Assembly: GCA_943359595.1 (NCBI GenBank)
Contig: CALRIA010000005.1
Span: forward strand, 1 to 36,643
DNA: 36,643 nt
Direction: 5' to 3'
From: Candidatus Magasanikiibacteriota bacterium
GTDB lineage: Bacteria; Patescibacteriota; Patescibacteriia; Magasanikbacterales; GWA2-37-8
In this document: positions 9,439 to 16,295 of the stretch, piece by piece
Layout: every line of letters starts with the position of its first letter
Position numbering within the stretch: position 1 is the stretch's first letter
Translations under genes and position numbers: made by a program
The notes under the pieces: generated by a model
Told to the model about the DNA's origin: nothing
The model's input: only the letters and a program-made list of their open reading frames with translations
Database searches by the model: none

Positions 9439-10629
9439 TTATTTGATAATTTTTACTACTACACCAGAGCCAACGGTACGACCACCTTCACGAATAGCGA
9501 AGTTCATCTTATCTTCCATAGCTACTGGGTTGATCAATCTGATCTTCAAGTTGACAGTATCACCTGGCATTACCATTTCAACACCAGCTGGTAATTCAAG
9601 GATATCACCAGTTACATCAGTTGTACGAATATAAAACTGTGGTTTGTAGCCTTTGAAGAAAGGTTTGTGACGACCGCCTTCTTCTTTGCTCAAAACGTAA
9701 ATTTCAGCTTCAAACTCAGTGTGAGGAGTAATAGAACCTGGTTTGGCCAAAACCATACCACGTTCAACGTCTTCCTTCTTGGTACCACGCAACAATATAC
9801 CAGCGTTGTCGCCAGCTTGTCCTTCTTTCAAGGACTTGTTAAACATTTCGATACCAGTTACTACAGTTTTCATCGGTTCTTCACGCAAACCAACAATGGA
9901 AATTTCATCATTGATTTTGATCATACCACGTTCGATACGACCAGTTACTACAGTACCACGGCCTTCAATAGAAAAAACGTCTTCTACTGGCATCAAAAAT
10001 GGTTTATCAAGATCGCGAACTGGATCTGGGAAATAGGTGTCCATAGTAGACAACAAATCCATAATAGGCTTAGAAGCTGCTTCATCAGTTGGATTTTCCA
10101 AAGCTTTCAAAGCAGATCCACGGATAATTGGAGTGACATCACCAGGGAAGCCATATTTTGTCAAAAGATCACGAATTTCAGCTTCTACCAACTCTACCAA
10201 CTCAGGATCAGCCATGTCTAGCTTGTTCAAAAAAACGATAATGTTTTTTACACCTACCTGATTAGCCAACAAAATGTGTTCACGAGTCTGAGGCATTGGA
10301 CCGTCCGCTGCAGATACTACCAAAACAGCTCCGTCCATCTGAGCAGCACCAGTAATCATGTTTTTTACATAATCAGCATGGCCTGGACAATCTACGTGAG
10401 CATAATGTCTCTTATCAGTTTCGTATTCTACGTGAGCAGTGGCAATAGTAATACCACGAGCTTTTGATTCTGGAGCTTTGTCCAGATCACCTACGCCTTT
10501 TTTTTGAGCGATACCACCGCGGGCATTTAATACCTGCAAAATTGCAGCAGTTAAAGTGGTTTTACCATGATCAACGTGACCAATAGTACCAACGTTAATG
10601 TGAGGCTTGGTTCTACTAAACTCAGCCAT
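9439..10629 (-). CDS. tuf: Elongation factor Tu
   Basis: [49 protein letters not shown]. Confidence 0.99.
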   Translation of the reverse strand: MAEFSRTKPHINVGTIGHVDHGKTTLTAAILQVLNARGGIAQKKGVGDLDKAPESKARGITIATAHVEYETDKRHYAHVDCPGHADYVKNMITGAAQMDGAVLVVSAADGPMPQTREHILLANQVGVKNIIVFLNKLDMADPELVELVEAEIRDLLTKYGFPGDVTPIIRGSALKALENPTDEAASKPIMDLLSTMDTYFPDPVRDLDKPFLMPVEDVFSIEGRGTVVTGRIERGMIKINDEISIVGLREEPMKTVVTGIEMFNKSLKEGQAGDNAGILLRGTKKEDVERGMVLAKPGSITPHTEFEAEIYVLSKEEGGRHKPFFKGYKPQFYIRTTDVTGDILELPAGVEMVMPGDTVNLKIRLINPVAMEDKMNFAIREGGRTVGSGVVVKIIK

Positions 10630-10750
10630 AGGATTATACGTTCACGGCACTGTCCCGAGTGGTCGGAAACAGATTTTTGTCCAGCCGCTAAATTTTTAAT
10701 AAAATATTTGTTAATAAAACACGCTAACCATATAGCTGATTAGCGTGGGC

Positions 10751-10778
10751 ATTATAGCAGGTTTTAAAAATTTTGCAA
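10751..10778 (-). promoter_or_regulatory. Putative tuf promoter
   Basis: TTGCAA, 16 nt, TGc-TATAAT on the minus strand, followed by a leader hairpin CACGCTAA...TTAGCGTG (~10720-10747). Confidence 0.6.
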
Positions 10779-10818
10779 GTGGGGAGAAATTGTGGATAAT
10801 TTTTCCTGAACACAATTA

Positions 10819-11223
10819 TTATTCAATGGGTTCAAGATAAAATTTTTCTTCTTCATCTTCTGGCAAACCAGACAAGTTTTCTTCACCAAAAGTTTGCTCA
10901 ACTTGACCAACTTCAAGTGGAATATTGGTTGTTTCCAAAACTGGTTCTGAAATTTTTTCTACTTCTTTTTTCGTATTATCTTCCCAACCTGGGATAGGCT
11001 GTCGTTTTTTTTGATCCTGCCAACGAGAAATATCATGGTTTAATTTATTTAACATATCCTCTTCTTCCAAGTTCTCTAGACAAGAAGTGTCGTTTAATAA
11101 GCTTTCATATTCATTTAGATTCATCAAGACCATGGTTTCGTCAGTTTCCTTATCCATTATTACAAACCTATCCCCAGTACGGCGAACTAATTTGATAATA
11201 CGATCCAATTGATTTTGTTTCAT
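10819..11223 (-). CDS. Hypothetical protein; Phd/YefM-like N-terminus and acidic C-terminus
   Basis: 134-aa ORF with its own TTGACT/TATAAT promoter (11247-11274). RFVIMDK...MVLMNLNEYESL resembles the Phd fold signature. Confidence 0.65.
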   Translation of the reverse strand: MKQNQLDRIIKLVRRTGDRFVIMDKETDETMVLMNLNEYESLLNDTSCLENLEEEDMLNKLNHDISRWQDQKKRQPIPGWEDNTKKEVEKISEPVLETTNIPLEVGQVEQTFGEENLSGLPEDEEEKFYLEPIE

Positions 11224-11290
11224 ATAATAATTAATTATGTTTTTATATTATACCTAAAAACGACAACTAGTCAACCTTTAATTTAAATAA

Positions 11291-11394
11291 TAAAAAATCG
11301 CTCAAGAAAGCGATTTTTTATTTTGCTCTAACCACAAATAATTGTGATTACAGTGTGTGCGCGCCAATCTACTCCTTTGAATTAGATGGCGCGC
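11291..11394 (-). repeat. Structured 3' element copy 1 (hairpin with AUUCAAAGGAG loop, second hairpin, intrinsic terminator)
   Basis: Ungapped alignment to 11751-11854 (offset 460; hand count 74/104 identical), with compensatory changes in the stems. Confidence 0.85.
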
Positions 11395-11435
11395 GGTAAA
11401 GAGGAGGGAGGGCGATTGTTAACGATCGCTCTACT

Positions 11436-11654
11436 CTAGTTGACCGGAGCGAAGATCACGGGGCCAAACGGTCCACCTTCCCGCTTGCGCAGGTAGGCCG
11501 GACGATTCAGCACGCGCAGTTGCGCGCGAGTCGGTCCCGACCACCAGTCGGTGATGGCTGGAACACCTTGCGTCTTTGTCAGGCGCGAGTTGGGGGTGAA
11601 CGCCACCTCGCGAATAAAGAAACTACCATCCAACAAACGAAAGACAAGAGACAT
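11436..11654 (-). CDS. Small hypothetical protein (72 aa), GC-richer than host
   Basis: ATG 11654 preceded by GAGG; own promoter upstream; followed by element copy 1. Confidence 0.5.
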   Translation of the reverse strand: MSLVFRLLDGSFFIREVAFTPNSRLTKTQGVPAITDWWSGPTRAQLRVLNRPAYLRKREGGPFGPVIFAPVN

Positions 11655-11712
11655 GTTAACCCTCACTTTGTCGGGTGAAAAAGGCTTGATAGCCCTGTCC
11701 CGAACGAATTAG

Positions 11713-11741
11713 ACTGTAGCACGGCTTAGCCAAAAAGTCAA
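11713..11741 (-). promoter_or_regulatory. sigma70-type promoter for the 72-aa ORF unit
   Basis: TTGACT (11741-11736), 17 nt, TGc-TACAGT (11718-11713). Confidence 0.65.
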
Positions 11742-11750
11742 TAGTGAACA

Positions 11751-11854
11751 ACAAAAAACCACTAATTAAGCGGTTTTTTATTGTATTCTGACTACAAATT
11801 ATTATAATCAAAATATGCGTGCGCCGAACTACTCCTTTGAATTAGTCGACGCAC
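11751..11854 (-). repeat. Structured 3' element copy 2
   Basis: Same architecture and spacing as 11291-11394; identical 17-nt core CTACTCCTTTGAATTAG at 11829-11845. Confidence 0.85.
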
Positions 11855-11890
11855 ATCTGAGTTTGACACTGACGAAGGGTCATGCCGTAA

Positions 11891-12112
11891 TTAACGGCGA
11901 CGAGGACCACTACGCTGTACAATGCGCTGAGCGTTGGCAAGAGCAACCACGTGTTGCACCTGATAACGATAGTCACGCCGTTGCGCTAATGGGGGGGGCC
12001 ATGGACTGCTGACCGGAACCCGGACAAGATCCAGTTGCCGACAGATCAACGACGAAAGATTATACCCGCCCAAAAAAAACAGAAACGGCAACGGCAAATG
12101 AACAATTTTCAT
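11891..12112 (-). CDS. Small hypothetical protein (73 aa), hydrophobic N-terminus
   Basis: Strong SD AGGAGG (12123-12118) 5 nt before ATG 12112; followed by element copy 2. Confidence 0.55.
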   Translation of the reverse strand: MKIVHLPLPFLFFLGGYNLSSLICRQLDLVRVPVSSPWPPPLAQRRDYRYQVQHVVALANAQRIVQRSGPRRR

Positions 12113-12150
12113 CAAAACCTCCTGGAATGAAAGATTGAACGTGCTGGCAC

Positions 12151-12978
12151 TTATTCAGTTGTCAACACACGTTCAGCGTTGAGATACCATTTGACAATCT
12201 CATAGAGCGAATCGCGTCCAACAAATGGGGATAGCCCATCACCATCCGTCCTAAACGCGAAACCAAGCAGATACGCAGCAATGGCCTCGGCCAGGCTCTC
12301 AGCAATTCCGACAAGTGAATTCGGCGGCAATTGGCCAGTAACTGGATCAAAGTAAGCGCCAGCATAGTGCGAGATTGGCGGGGCTGAATTGATTGCCGCC
12401 TCGGCCTCGCTGATGAACTCGAAAATACTTTTATTGCCAACCTGGTCAGAAACCAAGCGACAATTATCCGAGTTCCACATCTCCACATTGACAATGGAGT
12501 GAGCCAACTCATGAGCCAGACCTTCCAGATGAATGATTCGCCGAATTTCGGGCGCGACCAAATCTTGGATTTGAAATAGGACTGGATTCATTCTAAATCT
12601 ACTCCAGAATCTCGGCGGGAGATTCTCCACATCCACTTTGCTGGGTGCAATTGCCGTGGCAGAAATTGCCTTAGCAATATCCAATGTCGGCACAGGCTTC
12701 TCTTTGGTTGATGCCTGTGTAAACCATACCGAACGATCGAACGTGATTTTGTTGATCAACATGCGATTACGTGCTTTGAGTGGAAAAACCGCCAACACTC
12801 CTTGGATATCTGCCAACGTGAGCACATGAAGGCCGTGTGGATCCTCCAAGTAAAAACGTGGAGGACCGGCAAAATATTGAACAGGCATCGGCAAACGAGC
12901 CGTGAACATTTCAAGATTTGCCTCATACCACTGGATGGTTGGACCCATGTCAAAACCAGAAACTTTCTTGTTCTTCAT
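12151..12978 (-). CDS. Putative zincin-type metallopeptidase
   Basis: LAHELAHS motif plus downstream ISHYA...ESLAEAIAAYL (gluzincin-like third ligand). GGAG SD 6 nt before ATG 12978. Confidence 0.7.
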   Translation of the reverse strand: MKNKKVSGFDMGPTIQWYEANLEMFTARLPMPVQYFAGPPRFYLEDPHGLHVLTLADIQGVLAVFPLKARNRMLINKITFDRSVWFTQASTKEKPVPTLDIAKAISATAIAPSKVDVENLPPRFWSRFRMNPVLFQIQDLVAPEIRRIIHLEGLAHELAHSIVNVEMWNSDNCRLVSDQVGNKSIFEFISEAEAAINSAPPISHYAGAYFDPVTGQLPPNSLVGIAESLAEAIAAYLLGFAFRTDGDGLSPFVGRDSLYEIVKWYLNAERVLTTE

Positions 12979-13039
12979 CGTAAACTCCACTGTGCTTTGA
13001 TTGCCAAACTACTATTGACGAAACATTCGCCAATTTAAA

Positions 13040-13068
13040 ATAATAACAAAAAAAATTAATAAAGTCAA
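13040..13068 (-). promoter_or_regulatory. sigma70-type promoter for the peptidase + 73-aa ORF unit
   Basis: TTGACT (13068-13063), 17 nt, TGt-TATTAT (13045-13040). Confidence 0.65.
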
Positions 13069-13090
13069 TGACTGAAGCTAAGGAATATTA

Positions 13091-13121
13091 AAAAAAACAT
13101 ACTAATTTAGTTAGTATGTTT
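13091..13121 (-). terminator. Intrinsic terminator
   Basis: AAACATACTAA-tttag-TTAGTATGTTT stem with a T-run on the minus strand, downstream of the 13150 stop. Confidence 0.55.
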
Positions 13122-13149
13122 CTCTATATCTATTGTTAAAAAAATATTT

Positions 13150-13953
13150 TTACTTCGTTTCCTTATCGTCATCAATTTTTTCAAAAATAAACATGTCATC
13201 CATATGATGTCCATTTTTATGGGGCAAACCAATGCACAAAACTTTGCCAATATTTTCTATCGCACTATGGCCAGGACCGAGCTTTTTATCTATTTTCCCT
13301 TTTACATAACTATAAAAACTTGGATCAACAGCCTCAAAATCTTCGTCTGTTTCCACTCTTTGCCAATATAAATCTAAATTATCTTTATCAAAAACAGCCT
13401 TTGTTTTTTTTACATCATTTAGCGTATTTATTATGCCAACCAACTTAAAATTTTTATATTCACGCATTTGTGTCGCGGTTTTATGCCAATCATTGCAGAG
13501 CACATGTCCACCAACTTTTAAATTTTTTATTGGACCATCTGGTCGTACGGCTGGATTTAACAAAATAACCACATCAGCCGATTCTGGTAACACAAAATTA
13601 TTGACATCGGCACATTCAGCTTGAAGACCACCTTTTTTTAATACTGCAATCGCCTCTGGATTTTTATCTACAAAAAACACTTGACTGTTTGGAAAACCTT
13701 CGGTAGGACTAGCGTCGACATCACAAGATGGGTAATAAATTATTTTAGGTTCAATATTTAATGTTTCGACAAACAATCTTTGCATCCCGGCCATATTTTC
13801 CGATATACTTGGTTGCCTTTCTATTATTGGTTCTGCTTCTTTTTTTTCGGTATGTTCTATCGGTTTATTTTGACAAGACTCACAAACAGGTAGCCAAGCG
13901 CCACCTTCAACTTCTCCAATCTCATTTTTACCACAGACAGGACAAAGAGACAT
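13150..13953 (-). CDS. Hypothetical protein: N-terminal CxxC..CxxC Zn ribbon plus SAM-methyltransferase-like domain
   Basis: CPVC...CESC. IYYPSCDVD (motif I-like), FFVDKNPEAIAVLK..G..AECADV and LKVGGHVL resemble class I MTase motifs. Confidence 0.65.
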   Translation of the reverse strand: MSLCPVCGKNEIGEVEGGAWLPVCESCQNKPIEHTEKKEAEPIIERQPSISENMAGMQRLFVETLNIEPKIIYYPSCDVDASPTEGFPNSQVFFVDKNPEAIAVLKKGGLQAECADVNNFVLPESADVVILLNPAVRPDGPIKNLKVGGHVLCNDWHKTATQMREYKNFKLVGIINTLNDVKKTKAVFDKDNLDLYWQRVETDEDFEAVDPSFYSYVKGKIDKKLGPGHSAIENIGKVLCIGLPHKNGHHMDDMFIFEKIDDDKETK

Positions 13954-14018
13954 AAAAATTTATAACTTATTTTTTTAATTATATCACATATTTAAAAAAC
14001 GCCTACCACAATGCTCTA

Positions 14019-14729
14019 TCATTCCTTTTTAGCGATCAACAATCGACACATAGAAGCCGGCGAAATGTCCCAGATTTTCAGATCATCACTCAATATTTTA
14101 AAACTATTTTCTTGTAATAATTTTATTCTGGCTCGAGCACCAGCCCGCCATTTCCACCCATGTTTTAATTTACCATAATATTCACCAAACAGTACCGGCC
14201 ACACCAAAATTCCACCTTTTTTTAATACCCGATAAGCTTCTTTAACAAAAATTTCTTGACCTTGTGCGGTCATAAATCTATCAGCCGCCACTTCCACCAT
14301 ACCGTCTATCGAGGAATCGGCCACTGTTACCATCGGACCATTTAAATCTTCTACCACCGTAGGTACATTTTCAAATTTAACTTTTAATTTGTTTAATTGA
14401 TCCTGGCTTAAATCTGAGGCGCACACTTTAAATCCGGCGTCGAGCAATGCTTCCGTAATAATTCCGGTTCCGGCCGCTCTATCGTAAATTGTTATTTGTG
14501 AAGGATCGGCATCAAAATTTTCTAAAAAAACTATACCTATTTGGCGAGCCAATTTTTCTCTACTAAAATAATATCTGGCGACTTGGTCATACATTTCCGC
14601 ATCTCGCTGTGAAGTATATTTATGTACAAATCTAGAGCGCCAAAGCCAACTCAATGCTTCTAACAACGGAGGTTTCTTAGGATAAATCTCTTTTTGTTTA
14701 TAAATTTTTAATCTTTCTTCTTTTGACAT
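14019..14729 (-). CDS. Class I SAM-dependent methyltransferase
   Basis: IYDRAAGTG (motif I), ASDLSQDQL (motif II), EAYRVLKKGGILV. Confidence 0.85.
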   Translation of the reverse strand: MSKEERLKIYKQKEIYPKKPPLLEALSWLWRSRFVHKYTSQRDAEMYDQVARYYFSREKLARQIGIVFLENFDADPSQITIYDRAAGTGIITEALLDAGFKVCASDLSQDQLNKLKVKFENVPTVVEDLNGPMVTVADSSIDGMVEVAADRFMTAQGQEIFVKEAYRVLKKGGILVWPVLFGEYYGKLKHGWKWRAGARARIKLLQENSFKILSDDLKIWDISPASMCRLLIAKKE

Positions 14730-14769
14730 ATGTATTGATCTATCGATTTAAATTATAACACACCGCTCC

Positions 14770-14837
14770 AAAAACAAAAGACCGCCCGTCACTTAAAATC
14801 ATAAACTAATTATAATCTTAAGTGAGTGCGGGCGGTC
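14770..14837 (-). terminator. Unusually long hairpin terminator (~25 bp)
   Basis: Minus strand GACCGCCCG-cac-TCACTTAAGATTATAA-ttagt-TTATGATTTTAAGTGA-CGGGCGGTC-TTTTGTTTTT; the two non-WC pairs are G-U on the minus strand. Confidence 0.7.
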
Positions 14838-14919
14838 GAATGTTCTGACCAGCGCCACTACTCCACCGGCCAAAAGGCCTTTGCCCACCGTATTTCGGAA
14901 GATGGGATTTTAAAGGTAT

Positions 14920-15363
14920 TTACCCTATACCTGCGAAGAAGTGGTTGAGGTAAGCGAGACTGCGAGCGAGTTCTTCCTTCAGCTCGTCATAACCTTCTTG
15001 GCCGGCGTAGTAGGCGACCAAGCCGTGAAACTGCTGATGTCGAAACTCGACATAGTCAACCAAGATTGCCCGTGGCACTTCTTCCAATTCTTGCCTGAGC
15101 GTTTGCACACAACGCCCCTTTTGGCCGGCGCGCTGGACGAATTCGCGCACCTCATGACGCAGGATGTGGTCGCGAAACGCTTCCGGCACTTCCGCCGAGA
15201 TGAAGAGAAACGCGCTCTTGGGAAAGCCGACGAAGTACTTGAGGTCGGTCAATTCGGGATCGGGACTCAGAACGTGGTAGCCGTATTGAGCACCGTCTAC
15301 CTCGAGAACACCTTCCTCTACGATGAACGGTTTGGCCCAATCGGGCGGCTGCGAAATGAGCAT
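14920..15363 (-). CDS. Hypothetical protein (147 aa), GC-rich, with an HExxE-like motif
   Basis: SD GGAGGT directly upstream of ATG 15363 (MLISQPP); ILRHEVREF motif; TTGACT -35 at 15426-15421. Confidence 0.7.
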   Translation of the reverse strand: MLISQPPDWAKPFIVEEGVLEVDGAQYGYHVLSPDPELTDLKYFVGFPKSAFLFISAEVPEAFRDHILRHEVREFVQRAGQKGRCVQTLRQELEEVPRAILVDYVEFRHQQFHGLVAYYAGQEGYDELKEELARSLAYLNHFFAGIG

Positions 15364-15440
15364 GTTTACCTCCGTAACTGTTGAGAGAATGAGATGATAA
15401 AATAGCAAAATATGAAAAAAAGTCAACCCCCGCCATATTA

Positions 15441-15470
15441 AAAAAATACGATCAGACTAATCGTATTTTT
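15441..15470 (-). terminator. Intrinsic terminator after tRNA-Arg
   Basis: AAAAATACGAT-cagacta-ATCGTATTTTT inverted repeat with A/T tails. Confidence 0.6.
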
Positions 15471-15512
15471 GTGTGCGATTATACGCCTCCCGTTTTTCGG
15501 AAAGTGTTATCG

Positions 15513-15587
15513 TGGTGCACCCATTAGGAGTCGAACCTAAATTTTCGGCTTCGCAGGCCAATGTCCTATCCATTGAACGATAGGTGC
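15513..15587 (-). tRNA. tRNA-Arg (anticodon GCG), CCA encoded
   Basis: GCACCTA/TGGGTGC acceptor stem, anticodon arm TTGGC-CTGCGAA-GCCGA, T-arm TTAGG-TTCGACT-CCTAA, 3' ACCA. Confidence 0.93.
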
Positions 15588-15601
15588 GGAATTTCTTACA
15601 A

Positions 15602-16105
15602 CTAAATTTTCATTATCCTACCCATTCGTTCGCTCAAAGGCTCTTCTTCTTGGTCTAAATCTTCTTCCATATATAGAGCTAAGTATTCTCGAATTGGCAT
15701 TGGATCATAATCATACAATGGAACCTGAATACGATGATTCAGCACACTATTTTGTGCAAAATACAGATTTTTGGTAAATGGCGGGTTGTATATAAGCCAA
15801 AAATTAGTTAATTCACTATAGCGATAGTACTTTTTTCCGATTACTACCCCTGTATTGGTAATAGCAAAATATACATCCATCGGAGCTACCATATCTTGCA
15901 TAAACAAAATTATTCCAAACAAGACTGTAATTAGCGCGAATAGATAGTTGGCTGATAATATTGCATAAACGGCTAGAGCAATCCCGATCGCTCCCATCAC
16001 CCAATACCATTGTTGGCCTCTTTCGTGCTGTTCATATTCCTTTACCGTCCACTCGTATTGAACTTCACCAATATTGATATCCTCTTTTAAAATATTTTTT
16101 GGCAT
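15602..16105 (-). CDS. Hypothetical membrane protein (two TM helices plus soluble C-terminal domain)
   Basis: WYWVMGAIGIALAVYAIL / YLFALITVLFGIILF, then FAITNTGVVIGKKYYRYSEL. Start moved to ATG 16105 because the longer ORF overlaps tRNA-Val. Confidence 0.8.
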   Translation of the reverse strand: MPKNILKEDINIGEVQYEWTVKEYEQHERGQQWYWVMGAIGIALAVYAILSANYLFALITVLFGIILFMQDMVAPMDVYFAITNTGVVIGKKYYRYSELTNFWLIYNPPFTKNLYFAQNSVLNHRIQVPLYDYDPMPIREYLALYMEEDLDQEEEPLSERMGRIMKI

Positions 16106-16123
16106 AAAAAAATTTTTAATCCG

Positions 16124-16197
16124 TGGATGATACTGGATTTGAACCAGTGACCTTTGCAATGTGAATGCAACGCTCTAACCAGCTGAGCTAATCATCC
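16124..16197 (-). tRNA. tRNA-Val (anticodon CAC), CCA not encoded
   Basis: GGATGAT/ATCATCC acceptor stem, D-arm GCTC-AGCTGGTTA-GAGC, anticodon arm TTGCA-TTCACAT-TGCAA, T-arm ACTGG-TTCAAAT-CCAGT. Confidence 0.93.
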
Positions 16198-16295
16198 TTG
16201 ATTAGAGGTCAGAATTACTCTACCATAAACAAAAAAAGAAATCAACCCCGATATGTTGCTTTTTATGTTATTTTGTGATACAATTTTCCTACTAT

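Noticed and set aside
673-10467. Many plus-strand ORFs of 60-184 aa over the ribosomal cluster and tuf, and the minus-strand 5542-5727 ORF
   Set aside because: Antisense or off-frame shadows of clearly identified conserved genes.
11291-11854. Repeat pair considered as a CRISPR array or integron attC sites
   Set aside because: Only two copies with a 460-nt period, no cas or intI in the window, and no RYYYAAC/GTTRRRY boxes at the hairpin ends.
11815-12012. Plus-strand 65-aa ORF
   Set aside because: Starts inside the structured element, has no SD, and overlaps the SD-supported minus-strand ORF.
11991-12079. G8 and A8 homopolymer runs in the 73-aa ORF as phase-variation or frameshift sites
   Set aside because: The frame is open from the SD-supported ATG to the stop, and both alternative frames close soon after the A-run; no support without reads.
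14941-15436. Plus-strand 147-aa ORF and minus-strand 94-aa ORF overlapping the GC-rich gene
   Set aside because: Expected shadows in GC-rich DNA; SD, promoter and terminator all support 14920-15363 on the minus strand.
11280-15513. Classical tRNA-integrated island or prophage
   Set aside because: No integrase or phage genes, and I found no duplicate of the tRNA-Arg 3' end at the far boundary.
16198-16295. Switch in gene orientation as a possible replication origin
   Set aside because: The gap is under 100 nt, holds no DnaA-box cluster and is explained by divergent promoters; by eye the plus strand stays C-rich on both sides.
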